From Alteromonadaceae bacterium (GTDB lineage Bacteria > Pseudomonadota > Gammaproteobacteria > Enterobacterales > Alteromonadaceae), in NCBI GenBank assembly GCA_042091475.1, contig JBELHI010000002.1, positions 606 through 64,605 on the forward strand: a stretch of DNA of 64,000 bases, written 5' to 3'. Below, in pieces: positions 51,922 to 63,679 of the stretch. Under the pieces are notes generated by a model that saw nothing but the letters and a program-made list of their open reading frames with translations, was not told the DNA's origin and ran no database searches. The translations under genes and the position numbers were made by a program. Each line of letters starts with the position of its first letter. Position 1 is the first letter of the stretch.

Positions 51922-54075
51922 ATGAAAAAATTACTGGTCATGGCAGCGCTGCTAACCACAGCTTGCCAGAACTACACCACAACGGCCAATAACCCGAAGT
52001 CGGATACCAAAGAGAACTCAGCAATGTCCGTAATTAAATACCCTGCAACCATTAAAACACCTGTCATCGATACGTTTTTTGACACTCAAGTAGTAGATAA
52101 TTATCGGTGGTTAGAAGATGACATGAGTGACCAAACTGCTGATTGGGTAGGCCGTCAAAATAAATTAACCCAAGACTACCTCAAACAAATACCTTTCCGT
52201 TCACATCTTGCTACTCGGTTACAAGTGTTATTTGATTATGAACGCTTGAGCGCGCCATTCACCGAAGGTAATTTCAGTTATTTCTATAAAAACGATGGAT
52301 TGCAAAACCACGCGGTTCTCTATCGCAAAGACCCCAAGGGTAAGGTAGAGGTATTTCTTAATCCAAACACCTTTAGCACCGACGGCACCACCTCTTTGTC
52401 TGGTATTAGCTTCTCTCAAGATGGCAGTCTTGCAGCCTACCAAATTTCCGAAGGTGGCAGCGACTGGCGGAAAGTCTACGTCATGGATACCCAGACAAAG
52501 ACATTGTTGGGGGCTCCCTTGGTTGACGTCAAGTTCAGTGGCATTAGTTGGTTAGGGACCAAGGGATTCTACTACTCAAGTTATGACAAGCCGAAAGGCA
52601 GTGAATTGTCAGCAAAAACAGATCAGCATAAAGTGTATTATCATGCGATGGGTACCAGTCAAGCAGATGACCGACTCATTTTTGGCGGTAGCGAGGCAGA
52701 AAAACACCGTTACATATCAGCCGGCGTATCGGAGGACCAGCGCTTTTTGATGATTTACGCAAGTACATCAACATCAGGTAACAAGCTGTTTTTGAAAGAC
52801 CTTAAAAAAAACGACAGCGCCTTGGTAACAATATTGGATCATACTGATTCAGATACATATTTGTTAGACAATAAAGGCTCTACACTATACTTTGTGACCA
52901 ACCTTGGGGCTCCCAATAAACGCTTAGTAAAAGTTGATGCAGGGTCACCCGCACCTGAATATTGGCAAGACGTTATCGCGGAAACAGATAATGTGCTTTC
53001 AATGAGTACCGCTGGCGGCTACTTATTTGCGAGTTACATGATTGATGCAATCAGCCATGTTCAACAATATACTTACAATGGTAAAAAATTACGCGACATC
53101 AAATTACCCGGCGTCGGCACCGCTTGGGGCTTTAGCGACAAGCAAAAAGCAACCAAGGCATACTTTAGTTTTACTAATTATCATACCCCTGCAACCATCT
53201 ACACATTGGATTTAGCCCGCGGGCAGACTGAGCTATACCAAAAACCAAAGACCGCTTTTGACTCAGAGCAATACATCTCGACACAAGTATTTTATTCGTC
53301 AAAAGATGGCACCAAAGTACCTATGATTATTACCCATAAAAAAGATCTTGAAATCACTGGTAAGACGCCCACCATCTTGTATGGTTATGGGGGCTTTAAC
53401 ATAAGCTTGACGCCGTCTTACAGCTCATCAAGAGCCGCATGGTTGGAGCAAGGTGGTATCTACGCTGTAGCTAATTTACGGGGTGGTGGTGAATACGGTA
53501 AAGCATGGCATGACGCCGGTACCAAGATGCAAAAGCAAAACGTATTTGACGACTTTATCGCCGCCGCTGAGTACTTAATTGATAACCAATACACCCAACC
53601 TCAGAAATTGGCAATACAAGGTGGATCTAATGGCGGGCTATTGGTAGGGGCAACCATTACCCAGCGTCCAGAATTATTTGCTGTTGCACTACCCGCGGTT
53701 GGGGTTTTAGACATGCTGCGTTACCACACATTCACCGCAGGTGCGGGATGGGCATATGATTACGGTACCGCGAATGACAATAAGGAGATGTTTGACTACC
53801 TGTTAAATTATTCCCCTGTACACAATGTCAAAGCGGGTACACACTATCCTGCAACAATGGTTACAACCGGCGATCACGATGATCGTGTTGTGCCAGCTCA
53901 CTCGTTTAAATTTGCTGCTGAGCTTCAGGATAAACAATCTGGACCAGCACCGACGTTAATTAGAATTGAGACCGATGCAGGCCATGGTGCAGGCACACCG
54001 ATATCAAAAACCATTGAACAATATGCTGATATTTACAGCTTCACATTATTCAATATGGGCGTTAAAGGGTTATAA
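51922..54075 (+). CDS. prolyl oligopeptidase (S9A family), lipoprotein-type signal
   Basis: 717 aa. DNYRWLED N-terminal motif. Catalytic GGSNGGLL. C-terminal D..V and GHG residues. Lipobox LTTAC. Confidence 0.9.
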   Translation: MKKLLVMAALLTTACQNYTTTANNPKSDTKENSAMSVIKYPATIKTPVIDTFFDTQVVDNYRWLEDDMSDQTADWVGRQNKLTQDYLKQIPFRSHLATRLQVLFDYERLSAPFTEGNFSYFYKNDGLQNHAVLYRKDPKGKVEVFLNPNTFSTDGTTSLSGISFSQDGSLAAYQISEGGSDWRKVYVMDTQTKTLLGAPLVDVKFSGISWLGTKGFYYSSYDKPKGSELSAKTDQHKVYYHAMGTSQADDRLIFGGSEAEKHRYISAGVSEDQRFLMIYASTSTSGNKLFLKDLKKNDSALVTILDHTDSDTYLLDNKGSTLYFVTNLGAPNKRLVKVDAGSPAPEYWQDVIAETDNVLSMSTAGGYLFASYMIDAISHVQQYTYNGKKLRDIKLPGVGTAWGFSDKQKATKAYFSFTNYHTPATIYTLDLARGQTELYQKPKTAFDSEQYISTQVFYSSKDGTKVPMIITHKKDLEITGKTPTILYGYGGFNISLTPSYSSSRAAWLEQGGIYAVANLRGGGEYGKAWHDAGTKMQKQNVFDDFIAAAEYLIDNQYTQPQKLAIQGGSNGGLLVGATITQRPELFAVALPAVGVLDMLRYHTFTAGAGWAYDYGTANDNKEMFDYLLNYSPVHNVKAGTHYPATMVTTGDHDDRVVPAHSFKFAAELQDKQSGPAPTLIRIETDAGHGAGTPISKTIEQYADIYSFTLFNMGVKGL

Positions 54076-54089
54076 ATTAATGTTAAACT

Positions 54090-54118
54090 GGCAGGTCATA
54101 ACGATGTGACCTGCCTTT
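54090..54118. terminator. hairpin terminator between convergent peptidase and EamA genes
   Basis: GGCAGGTCA-8 nt-TGACCTGCC followed by TTTGT. Confidence 0.55.
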
Positions 54119-54121
54119 GTC

Positions 54122-54976
54122 TCAAGCATCTGAAGGCTTATCAAACCAATAGCACAAAGCCAGCGCGGCTCCAATACAAATAGTGCCGACAAGCAAACTA
54201 CCCCATTCAACACTGCGGTTCCAAAGTATTAAGTTCACAACCAAACCCGCAGGTATTAACACATTATTCATTACAGCCGTGGTTGCCACTGACACCTGAC
54301 TAACGCCTTTATTCCAAAGAAAATAGCCGCCACCTGATGCCACAAGGCCCAAATATAGCAAAATTCCCCATTGTGTTTGAGTGGTAGGCAGTTTTTGCCA
54401 ATTGCCGAACATCATCATCGTCACTAACGTCACCACCCACGCACCAACAAAAAACCAAGCAAAACTGTGTCTATGGGTAAATCCGTCAGGACGCGTTATC
54501 CTTTTGTAAAATACTTGCCCAGCAGCAAAGCTCAAATTGGCGCCTTGGACTAACAATAAGCCAAACCAATAGTCACCAGATAAGGTGTTATAACGAATAG
54601 CGATAGCGCCTAACACAGCGACGACAGCCACAAGTAAATACCGGGGCCTAAATTGGCGACTGATACAGTCATTGAGTAAGGTAATGTACACCGGTGTCAT
54701 CACTGTAAATAGCAATACTTCAGGCACCGTGAGGTAGAGAAATGATTGATAGTAAAAGCCGTACATAGCACCAATTTGTACAGCGCCTATGATGACTAAT
54801 CGCAACAGCAGCGTCTGAGGTATTGAGCGCCAGCGGAGAAAAGGTAAAAACACACACAAGGCAACCGTGACTCGGCTAAAACCTGAAAACCAAGGATCAA
54901 CTTGACCAGCGAGATAAACCCCAATCAAGCTAAATGAGAACGCCCAAACACAGGTCATTAAGCAAAGATAAACCAC
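54122..54976 (-). CDS. EamA/DMT family transporter
   Basis: About 10 TM helices in two repeated halves. The start is ambiguous: GTG at 54976 after GAGGAG, or TTG at 54994. Confidence 0.75.
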   Translation of the reverse strand: MVYLCLMTCVWAFSFSLIGVYLAGQVDPWFSGFSRVTVALCVFLPFLRWRSIPQTLLLRLVIIGAVQIGAMYGFYYQSFLYLTVPEVLLFTVMTPVYITLLNDCISRQFRPRYLLVAVVAVLGAIAIRYNTLSGDYWFGLLLVQGANLSFAAGQVFYKRITRPDGFTHRHSFAWFFVGAWVVTLVTMMMFGNWQKLPTTQTQWGILLYLGLVASGGGYFLWNKGVSQVSVATTAVMNNVLIPAGLVVNLILWNRSVEWGSLLVGTICIGAALALCYWFDKPSDA

Positions 54977-55011
54977 AACAATCTCCTCATTCAATAACCC
55001 AGCTGATTAGT

Positions 55012-56901
55012 TTACAGGACACATCCGCTAACCAGCTTATCCTTACCAGTAAACTTACCCTGATACATTAATTGGTCGGCATATTCAATGCTATCGTTTA
55101 TCGATGTTGGCTTTTCTGAACCATGTAAAGACATACCAACGGTAGCAGTAATGGATTCAGCAACGGTTTCGCCATTAATCAATATCTCGCTGAGCAGTTG
55201 TTTAAATACCGCTAGCTGCTCTTGAAGCTGGACTTCTGTACTCCAAGAAATCAGCAAAAATTCTTCGCCACCCCAACGGCCGAATAACGAATTGGTATTG
55301 CAAAATGCTTTGTGTAGGCAGCGGCCAACTTCTCGTAGTACATGGTCACCATATAGGTGGCCATATTTGTCATTTAGTGACTTAAAATCATCAAGGTCAA
55401 TCAGACAACAAGCGGTCGCTTGTTGCGTAATACGCGGTTGCCGTCTTATTACGTTAACTAGGTACATACGGGTGTAAACACGGGTAACCACGTCGATCTT
55501 AGCCATCTTCGACAGATTATTTTTCAAGCGCGTCTGACGATAAACAAACAACAACACAATTAATACTGCAAATAACAATATAATCACGGCATAACGCTGA
55601 CGTCCCCGCTCTTGTTCACTCGCCGCCAAGGCAAGGGCTGTATTGGTATTCTCCATCGATAATTTATCACGCTCTTTTTCAACTGCCTGAGTATCGATCA
55701 GTAGTTGATAATATGACACTTGCTGGGCCAACCGCCGTTTATAATCTTTTTCCACCAGGTCTGCGTACTCACGGTACAGAGCTAACGCACCCGAAACATC
55801 ACCAAGCTCTTCACTAACTCTCCCTTTGAAATGCAACAATACGTGCTCGTAGTCTGAGTCTGGTAAAAACTTTAAGGTTTGTCTGTAGGTTTCAAATTCA
55901 TTCAATAAGACGCCCGCTTCTTGCGCCTGACCGAGGGCTAAATACACCGAGCCCAACTCAACAACATAATTAACCGCCCGATTGTACAAAAACACGGTTT
56001 GATAATCGTCACGAATGCTTTCGAGCAAGGTTTTGGCAGCATCATTGTCCTTGTCAATATACTTGACTATTAGTGCTTTATAAAAGGGCATTGAAGATTC
56101 TCTGTGATACTCGTTACCCATGGCTTGCAAACGTAATAAGTGTTGTTTGGCTCGCTGCATATCATTTGGGTAATGAGCCAGAAATAGTGCCTCTGTACCA
56201 GCAGCCACGTGCTCTAGCATCCCTAATTTTTGGAATAATGCGACAGAGTTCTGTAGGTGCTCTACTGCACGCGCTTGTTGGCCCAGGTGAAGATAAATAT
56301 TTCCTAGTGTGGCGTGAAAAGCACCTTGATGATCAACAAGTTTGTGTTGCCTTGCTTGAGCCAAACCAAGCTCACTTAGCAACAGGCTATTAACGTAATC
56401 ACTTTTTTCTATATAATATTCAATCAACTGAGAGTACACCGTTAGGCGGGCGTCAATATTATCAAATTGTTCGGAGACTATTTTTGCCCTTTCCAGCATC
56501 GGCAATGGGTCACAAAGCGCCAAATGCAAGCATACGTAGGCATGGGCATTCAACAAATACGGTAGGCTAGATGATGGTGGTAATGCAGAAACTTTGTCTT
56601 GATGAGCGAGGTAATGCTCATAGACCGCCTGAAACTTACCCTGCATGAGCAACGCCTCAACATAGATAGCGCGAACAGCCACCCATGATTCATCATGGCT
56701 ATCCAAAGCAACGGGATAGGTATTAATTATATCTGCGGCGCCTTGCTCAATACGCGCGGGATTGATATAAATGTGCTCATCATAATCTTTGCCTAATGCA
56801 GATACTAAGTCCTTTAACGAACTGACTGATGATTCGGCATGTACTTGCGCTAGCACTGAAAAAAAACAGCATACTGCAACAATTAAAAACCGCCGAGACA
56901 T
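55012..56901 (-). CDS. diguanylate cyclase with periplasmic TPR-like sensor region (GGDEF domain, GGEEF motif)
   Basis: Signal peptide, a helical-repeat region of about 400 aa, one TM, then a GGDEF domain (DLDDFKSLNDKYGH..GD, RWGGEEFLLI). Confidence 0.82.
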   Translation of the reverse strand: MSRRFLIVAVCCFFSVLAQVHAESSVSSLKDLVSALGKDYDEHIYINPARIEQGAADIINTYPVALDSHDESWVAVRAIYVEALLMQGKFQAVYEHYLAHQDKVSALPPSSSLPYLLNAHAYVCLHLALCDPLPMLERAKIVSEQFDNIDARLTVYSQLIEYYIEKSDYVNSLLLSELGLAQARQHKLVDHQGAFHATLGNIYLHLGQQARAVEHLQNSVALFQKLGMLEHVAAGTEALFLAHYPNDMQRAKQHLLRLQAMGNEYHRESSMPFYKALIVKYIDKDNDAAKTLLESIRDDYQTVFLYNRAVNYVVELGSVYLALGQAQEAGVLLNEFETYRQTLKFLPDSDYEHVLLHFKGRVSEELGDVSGALALYREYADLVEKDYKRRLAQQVSYYQLLIDTQAVEKERDKLSMENTNTALALAASEQERGRQRYAVIILLFAVLIVLLFVYRQTRLKNNLSKMAKIDVVTRVYTRMYLVNVIRRQPRITQQATACCLIDLDDFKSLNDKYGHLYGDHVLREVGRCLHKAFCNTNSLFGRWGGEEFLLISWSTEVQLQEQLAVFKQLLSEILINGETVAESITATVGMSLHGSEKPTSINDSIEYADQLMYQGKFTGKDKLVSGCVL

Positions 56902-57134
56902 GACCACTAATACCCTTTATGAAGAAATTGTATACTTAGTAAACAAGGTTACCATAAGGGTGGAGAATATGATAATTAATCATCTTATTTGATATTTTAC
57001 AAATAATTGAATTATTGGCGTGATATAGAGCATCACCTGGCTTGAATGACCTGTAACGATAGAATATGAAGATGATTGCAGTTGAGCGCTTTAGTCTAAT
57101 TGGCAGTTGCCCAATTGATGAGGCCCTCAATGTC

Positions 57135-57160
57135 GTTGGCGCTAATAAGCTAGCGCCAAC
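57135..57160 (-). terminator. hairpin just downstream of adk
   Basis: GTTGGCGCT-8 nt-AGCGCCAAC, 10 nt after the adk stop. No U-tract. Confidence 0.35.
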
Positions 57161-57169
57161 ACAGAATAA

Positions 57170-57835
<666 letters not shown>

Positions 57836-57922
57836 TCAACAACGAGTAAACCGCGACTTTACACATTATGGCCGCGTGATTCAAGAGGTTGACTAATTTG
57901 AGATCTGAGAATGTAAAATTTA

Positions 57923-57951
57923 TGGCCAGTCAGGAAGACACCTGCTGGCCA
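57923..57951 (-). terminator. terminator hairpin after htpG
   Basis: The minus strand reads TGGCCAGCAGG-loop-CCTGACTGGCCA, followed by TAAATTTTA. Confidence 0.5.
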
Positions 57952-57957
57952 ATACTA

Positions 57958-59880
57958 TTACTTGGACAAGGTCATCAATAAGCTATTTAACCTATTAACA
58001 AATGCCGCGGGGTCTTCAAGTGAACCTTGCTCTGACAAGCGAGCCTGATCAAACAGAACGTCTGCCCACTGCGCAAAACGAGTTTCATCTTGCTCGTCGG
58101 CAAGTAATGTCACTAATGCATGCTCAGGGTTTAATTCAAAATGGTATTCAATATCAGGTACAGGTTGCCCTGCTGCTTCCATAAGTTTTAACATTTGCGT
58201 TGACATGCCGTTCTCGTCGGCAACAATACACGCTGGTGATTCTGTTAATCGATGAGTCAATTTCACCTCTTTTACTCTATCACCCAACACAGATTTCACC
58301 CGTTCAGTCAGACCCTCAACTTGCTTTTCTGCTTCTTCTTGAGCTTTTTTGCTATCCTCATCATCCAAATCACCCAAGTCCAATGCACCTTTGGTAATTG
58401 ACTGGAATTGCTTTTCGCTAAATTCACTTAAATGCGACATCAACCACTCATCAACGCGATCAGACATCAACAACACTTCAATCCCTTTCTTTTTGAAGAT
58501 CTCTAAATGCGGGCTGCTCTTGGCGGCTTGATAGCTATCAGCAGTGATAAAATAGATTTTATCCTGTCCTTCTTTCATACGCTCAATGTAGTCAGCCAAT
58601 GACACGGTTTGTGCATTGCTGTCACCATCGGTTGAAGCAAAACGCAACAAGCCAGCAATTTTTTCTTTATTGCCTGCATCTTCAGCAGGACCTTCTTTGA
58701 TGACGTTACCGAACTCACCCCAGAAAGACTGATATTTCTCTGCGTCATTCTTCGCCATGCGCTCTAACATTGATAACACGCGTTTGGTACAACCCTGACG
58801 AATAGCTTGTGTTACCTTATTGTCTTGTAAAATCTCGCGAGATACATTCAACGGTAAGTCATTGGAGTCCAATAAGCCTTTGACAAAGCGTAAATAGGTC
58901 GGCATAAACTGCTCTGCGTCATCCATGATGAAAACTCGTTGCACATACAATTTAAGACCTGTTTTCTGATCTCTGTTCCACAAATCAAACGGTGCTTTTG
59001 ACGGTATATATAACAAGCTTGTGTATTCTGTCTTTCCCTCTACGCGATTGTGAGCACACACTAACGGATCTTGAAAATCATGACTTACGTGTTTGTAGAA
59101 TTCATTGTACTCTTGTTCTGAAATGTCTGACTTGTCGCGTGTCCACAACGCTGTCGCACGGTTAACTGATTCCCATGTTGCAGGTACCGCTGGGGTCTTT
59201 TCACCATCTGGGCCGTCACTCTCAGGTACTTCCTCTTTAAACATTTCAACAGGGATGCTGATATGATCTGAATACTTACCTACAATTGAACGTAAACGCC
59301 AATCATCTAAGAATTCTTTTTCATCATCTCTTAAGTGTAAAACAATGTCAGTACCACGGTCTGACTTTTCAATGTCGCTAACAGAAAATTCACCCTCACC
59401 AGCTGAAATCCATTCAACACCCTTTGCGACGTCGTCACCAGCGGCACGTGAACGCACGGTCACTTTATCTGCCACGATAAACGCTGAGTAAAAACCAACA
59501 CCAAACTGACCAATCAACTGTGAGTCTTGTGCTTGATCACCAGATAAATTTTTAAAGAAATCAGCAGTTCCTGATTTAGCAATCGTACCTAGGTTCGCGA
59601 TCACATCATCTCGGTTCATGCCGATACCGTTGTCACTGATAGTAATGGTCCCCGCCTCTTTATCAACGGCTAAACGGACACGTAAGCTGCCGTCATTCTC
59701 ATAGAGTGAGTCGTTAGATAGTGCTTTGAAGCGTAACTTGTCGGCAGCGTCGGCAGCATTAGACACTAGCTCCCGTAAGAAAATTTCTTTGTTTGAATAC
59801 AAAGAATGGATCATTAGCTGTAATAATTGCTTAACTTCTGTTTGAAAACCAAACGTTTCCTGATGAGTGGCTTCAGCCAT
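57958..59880 (-). CDS. htpG: molecular chaperone HtpG (Hsp90)
   Basis: 640 aa. [34 protein letters not shown]. Confidence 0.97.
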   Translation of the reverse strand: MAEATHQETFGFQTEVKQLLQLMIHSLYSNKEIFLRELVSNAADAADKLRFKALSNDSLYENDGSLRVRLAVDKEAGTITISDNGIGMNRDDVIANLGTIAKSGTADFFKNLSGDQAQDSQLIGQFGVGFYSAFIVADKVTVRSRAAGDDVAKGVEWISAGEGEFSVSDIEKSDRGTDIVLHLRDDEKEFLDDWRLRSIVGKYSDHISIPVEMFKEEVPESDGPDGEKTPAVPATWESVNRATALWTRDKSDISEQEYNEFYKHVSHDFQDPLVCAHNRVEGKTEYTSLLYIPSKAPFDLWNRDQKTGLKLYVQRVFIMDDAEQFMPTYLRFVKGLLDSNDLPLNVSREILQDNKVTQAIRQGCTKRVLSMLERMAKNDAEKYQSFWGEFGNVIKEGPAEDAGNKEKIAGLLRFASTDGDSNAQTVSLADYIERMKEGQDKIYFITADSYQAAKSSPHLEIFKKKGIEVLLMSDRVDEWLMSHLSEFSEKQFQSITKGALDLGDLDDEDSKKAQEEAEKQVEGLTERVKSVLGDRVKEVKLTHRLTESPACIVADENGMSTQMLKLMEAAGQPVPDIEYHFELNPEHALVTLLADEQDETRFAQWADVLFDQARLSEQGSLEDPAAFVNRLNSLLMTLSK

Positions 59881-59924
59881 AATAGGTAATCTCCCAATCG
59901 AATAGAATCAATGTATAGTCAGGG

Positions 59925-59952
59925 AGATATGGTCAGTACTTCGAAATTCAAC
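59925..59952 (-). promoter_or_regulatory. sigma-32-type promoter of htpG
   Basis: The minus strand reads GTTGAA (59952-59947), 14 nt, then CCATATCT (59932-59925). The -10-like element ends about 45 nt upstream of the ATG. Confidence 0.45.
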
Positions 59953-59970
59953 TAGCAATAAGCAATAAAT

Positions 59971-60570
59971 TTACAACTTTCTTCTTCCAGCGAGGGCGTG
60001 GGACAAGGTACTACCATCAATAAACTCTAGTTCACCACCAATTGGTACACCGTGGGCAATTCGCGTTGCTTGAATATCTCTATCTTGGCACAGGGCGGCA
60101 ATGTAGTGAGCAGTTGCTTCGCCCTCTACTGTTGGATTAGTGGCTAACACAACTTCTTTGATAGAACCCTTATTGAGTATCGCTACTAGCTGATCAAGGC
60201 CGAGATCACTGGGTCCAATACCATCAATAGGAGACAGGTGCCCCATAAGTACAAAATAGGTGCCAAAAAACGCAGCGGTTTGCTCAATGGCAACCACATC
60301 TTGTGGCGACTCCACGACACACAGGACGCCAGCTTGTTGGCGCTTTTCACTGGCACAAATATCACAAATATCTGCTTCGGTGAAAGTCCTGCAACCTGAG
60401 CAATGGGTAACGTGCTCCATGGCATCATGTAATGCATTGGCCAGTTTTACGGCGCCGCCGCGATTGCGCTCTAACAGTTGAAATGCCATGCGTTGGGCTG
60501 ACTTTTGGCCAACACCAGGCAAGCATTTCAATTGCGTAATCAACTCATTAATAAGGGGACTAAACTTCAT
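59971..60570 (-). CDS. recR: recombination protein RecR
   Basis: [20 protein letters not shown], a Cys4 finger and a Toprim region. Confidence 0.95.
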   Translation of the reverse strand: MKFSPLINELITQLKCLPGVGQKSAQRMAFQLLERNRGGAVKLANALHDAMEHVTHCSGCRTFTEADICDICASEKRQQAGVLCVVESPQDVVAIEQTAAFFGTYFVLMGHLSPIDGIGPSDLGLDQLVAILNKGSIKEVVLATNPTVEGEATAHYIAALCQDRDIQATRIAHGVPIGGELEFIDGSTLSHALAGRRKL

Positions 60571-60583
60571 ATTAAGGCAGCCG

Positions 60584-60910
60584 TTAGAACGGCATTTTCA
60601 TCCCCGGTGGTAATTGCATACCGCCCGTGACATCTGCCATTCTTTCTTTCGACGTTTCCTGAACCCGACGAACCGCATCGTTGATTGCCGCTGCAACCAG
60701 GTCCTCAATCATTTCTTTGTCGTCTTCCATTAAGCTATCATCAATCTCTACGCGACGTACATTGTGATTGCCCAACATTACAACCTTGACTAAACCAGCA
60801 CCTGACTCACCTGTGACTTCCATCGCAGCGATTTCTTCTTGTACCTTTTGCATGCGCTCCTGCATTTGCTGCGCTTGCTTCATGATATTTCCCATGCCAC
60901 CTTTAAACAT
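60584..60910 (-). CDS. ybaB: nucleoid-associated protein YbaB/EbfC
   Basis: [28 protein letters not shown]. Confidence 0.92.
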   Translation of the reverse strand: MFKGGMGNIMKQAQQMQERMQKVQEEIAAMEVTGESGAGLVKVVMLGNHNVRRVEIDDSLMEDDKEMIEDLVAAAINDAVRRVQETSKERMADVTGGMQLPPGMKMPF

Positions 60911-60934
60911 AATGTTTCTCTCTTTGTTTAGTTA

Positions 60935-63136
60935 CTACCGGGGTTTAATACTGTCTTTAATTAGCACCGTACCAAAAGTACGCTGTAATTGTTGTAATGA
61001 GGGGTCATGCTCAATGACTGATTCTGCATGTTGTTGTCGGCTAGTGCCGATCTCTTGTTGGATTGCAACGGGGGCATTTGTTGCCTTACTCAAGGCTATC
61101 TCAAGTGTGATATGAATACCAAAATGCTCACTTAAGGCCTGTTGGATAGTGTGTTGAGCCGATACTGTGCACAAATCCTGCTTCTCTGGTAGCACTTCAA
61201 GTACCACTAGCTCACCGTTTTTTGAATAACTACTGCACAAGGCCAGCTGTTTTACCAACCCCATGAGGTTTAGCGACTCAATTAGCTCACTCCATGAGTC
61301 CAGCTGCGCGGCCTTGACAATTTTAGTCCCCACGTCATCAAATACCGGTACATCAATAGTCACATCTGCCGCAATTGGCTGAGCCGCATCAAAGGTTACC
61401 TTAGGCGCTTGCTCAATCACCTCTGACGCTGTTTTTTTGATGTTAATGGGTGATTTCGTATCGCTGCTTTGTTCTAGCCACGGAGGTGTTTCAGCGCTAA
61501 TGGATTCACGGGTAAATGATAATTCAGCGATAGGGTTGTCTTGTTTTGTTACTGACGCGTCACTGATGTTTTTTTTTACTGGCTCAACACTGGTGGTTTG
61601 CGCTAACTCTGTGTGTAACGCCAACAGCGCGTCTGTGTCATCAGTAGTAGCTACAGATTCGCTCTGCTGCAGTGGTGCTTGTTGTGGCTGGCTGACCGGA
61701 CCCCGTGCATCCTCAGCTTGCATCTCTACCATCTGTTGCTCATACATGAGTTGTTCATGCATCGCGTGCTCTTGCTGTTCTGAGTAGTCAATATCAGCTG
61801 ATACATCACTGACTCCAACATCGTGAGATGCCGGCAATGGTTTCGTCTCAGCAGCGCGGGATACCGATTGATTTGTTTCTACATATGCCCCTGAGTTATC
61901 TAAGGGGAGATGTGTCTCAGCCTCTACTTGTGCTGTTTCACTAACGGCCTGATTGGCCGGTGTGTCGACCGCTACCGAAGGGTTTTCCGAGGATTTAGGC
62001 ACCGGTTCACTGGCGATTAGTTGTGTTATCTCAGTGTGCGCGACCATCTCCCGCTCAGGATTAAAACTCATCATCCGTAGCATAGTCATTTCAAAGCCAC
62101 TTTTGGGTTCACTAGCAAACGGTAAGTCTTTACGGCCTTGGAGGGCTATTTGATACTGTAATTGAACTTGCTCTGGTGGTAGTTTTTGCGCCAGTGTATA
62201 CAGTGCCTTGGCTACATTGGTGTCAACTTTACAAGCTTGGGGTACATATTGTGTCAATGCGATTTGATGTAAAACGCTGAGTAATTCCGAAAGCAGACGT
62301 TCATAGTCAGGCGCTTTCTCAGCCATTTTTTCAAATAATTCAAACGCCTTTTTGTGCTCCGCATTTAAGATTGCCATCAATAATGGTACTAACTGATTAG
62401 CATCCATTAGTCCTAGCATGTCCACTACGGATGTTTGTTCAACCTTACCATTACCTTGTGCAATAGCTTGGTCAGTTAAGCTTAAGGCATCGCGCATACT
62501 GCCACGTGCAGAACGCGCTAAGTAATTTATAGCTGACGTGTCGTAGGCGATATTTTCTTTTCCCAACACGTAAGCCAATTGTTGTTCGATTTGTTCTTTG
62601 GATAAAGCTTTCAAGTTGAACTGTAAACACCGGCTTAAGATAGTTACCGGTAACTTTTGTGGGTCCGTGGTGGCTAACAGAAACTTCACATGGCTAGGTG
62701 GTTCTTCCAGTGTCTTAAGCAAGGCATTAAAGCTATGTTTGGACAACATGTGGACTTCATCAATCAGGTAAACTTTATACTTACCCCGGGTTGGCTTGTA
62801 CTGTACGTTATCAAGGATTTCTCTGGTGTCTTCTACCTTGGTGCGGGATGCTGCATCAATTTCCAACAAATCAACGTATCGACCTTGGTCAATATCTCTG
62901 CAGGTATCGCATACACCGCAGGGCTCAGCACTGGTGCCTTGCTCACAATTAAGACTCTTGGCAAAAATACGTGCAATAGTCGTTTTACCGACACCGCGAG
63001 TACCCGCAAACAAATAGGCATGATGCAACCGCTGCTGCGTTAACCCATTAACAATAGCGTTAACCACATGCTCTTGTCCCACTAATTGGGAAAAAGTGCT
63101 TGGACGCCATTTTCTTGCGAGTACCTGATAGCTCAT
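60935..63136 (-). CDS. dnaX: DNA polymerase III subunits tau/gamma
   Basis: 733 aa. MSYQVLARKWRP, GTRGVGKTT, a Cys Zn-module, a long low-complexity linker, and a C-terminal domain V. Confidence 0.94.
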   Translation of the reverse strand: MSYQVLARKWRPSTFSQLVGQEHVVNAIVNGLTQQRLHHAYLFAGTRGVGKTTIARIFAKSLNCEQGTSAEPCGVCDTCRDIDQGRYVDLLEIDAASRTKVEDTREILDNVQYKPTRGKYKVYLIDEVHMLSKHSFNALLKTLEEPPSHVKFLLATTDPQKLPVTILSRCLQFNLKALSKEQIEQQLAYVLGKENIAYDTSAINYLARSARGSMRDALSLTDQAIAQGNGKVEQTSVVDMLGLMDANQLVPLLMAILNAEHKKAFELFEKMAEKAPDYERLLSELLSVLHQIALTQYVPQACKVDTNVAKALYTLAQKLPPEQVQLQYQIALQGRKDLPFASEPKSGFEMTMLRMMSFNPEREMVAHTEITQLIASEPVPKSSENPSVAVDTPANQAVSETAQVEAETHLPLDNSGAYVETNQSVSRAAETKPLPASHDVGVSDVSADIDYSEQQEHAMHEQLMYEQQMVEMQAEDARGPVSQPQQAPLQQSESVATTDDTDALLALHTELAQTTSVEPVKKNISDASVTKQDNPIAELSFTRESISAETPPWLEQSSDTKSPINIKKTASEVIEQAPKVTFDAAQPIAADVTIDVPVFDDVGTKIVKAAQLDSWSELIESLNLMGLVKQLALCSSYSKNGELVVLEVLPEKQDLCTVSAQHTIQQALSEHFGIHITLEIALSKATNAPVAIQQEIGTSRQQHAESVIEHDPSLQQLQRTFGTVLIKDSIKPR
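61560..61577 (-). other. candidate dnaX recoding site: A9 run followed by nearby stops in both alternative frames
   Basis: GTA AAA AAA AAC ATC AGT GAC (codons 520-526). The -1 frame reads AAA CAT CAG TGA. The +1 frame reads ACA TCA GTG ACG CGT CAG TAA. Confidence 0.3.
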
Positions 63137-63142
63137 GCGTGT

Positions 63143-63679
63143 TTATTCACCGTCAAATTCGCATAGCGAATAGGGTGCTACACCCATGTTTTCAAGCCGT
63201 TGTCCACCACCCAACGTTGGCAATTCAATCACAAAACCTGCATGTTCTGCAATACCGCCGAGAGCGCGAATTAGCTTCGCTGTGGCCTCTATCGTGCCAC
63301 CCGTCGCCAATAGGTCATCAATCATCAATACCTTTTCACCAGGTAATACTGAGTCTTTGTGTATCTCTAGTACGTCAGTGCCATATTCAAGCTGATACTC
63401 TTGAGATATCACTTCTCTTGGTAACTTGTTGGGTTTGCGAACTGGAATAAATCCAATACCCAATTTCAGAGCCAATGGCGCACCAAACAGAAAGCCTCGT
63501 GCCTCTGTCCCTGCTATTTTGTCAAAGCCCATTGGGCCGTAGTGTTCCGCAAGTAACTCTATGGTGTTAGAAAAAGCTTGATGGTCATCAAGTAATGAAG
63601 TTACATCTCGGAACATAATTCCTGGTTTTGGATAATCTGGCACTGTTTTTATGACAGACTTAATATAATTTTTAGGCAC
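63143..63679 (-). CDS. apt: adenine phosphoribosyltransferase
   Basis: [26 protein letters not shown] aligns with E. coli Apt. The GTG at 63679 after AGGAAC gives an E. coli-like length of 178 aa. The ORF-track TTG start at 63733 is an alternative. Confidence 0.9.
   Translation of the reverse strand: MPKNYIKSVIKTVPDYPKPGIMFRDVTSLLDDHQAFSNTIELLAEHYGPMGFDKIAGTEARGFLFGAPLALKLGIGFIPVRKPNKLPREVISQEYQLEYGTDVLEIHKDSVLPGEKVLMIDDLLATGGTIEATAKLIRALGGIAEHAGFVIELPTLGGGQRLENMGVAPYSLCEFDGE

Noticed and set aside
56936-57130. 64-aa minus-strand ORF in the DGC/adk intergenic region.
   Set aside because: It has no SD and an odd composition. It spans what should be the DGC promoter region and the adk terminator.
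61432-61438. Second A-run (A7) in dnaX: ATC AAA AAA ACA, codons 566-569.
   Set aside because: In the zero frame it is C AAA AAA, not a canonical X XXY YYZ heptamer. The -1 frame stop is 9 codons away, and the site lies inside the region already downstream of the better A9 candidate.
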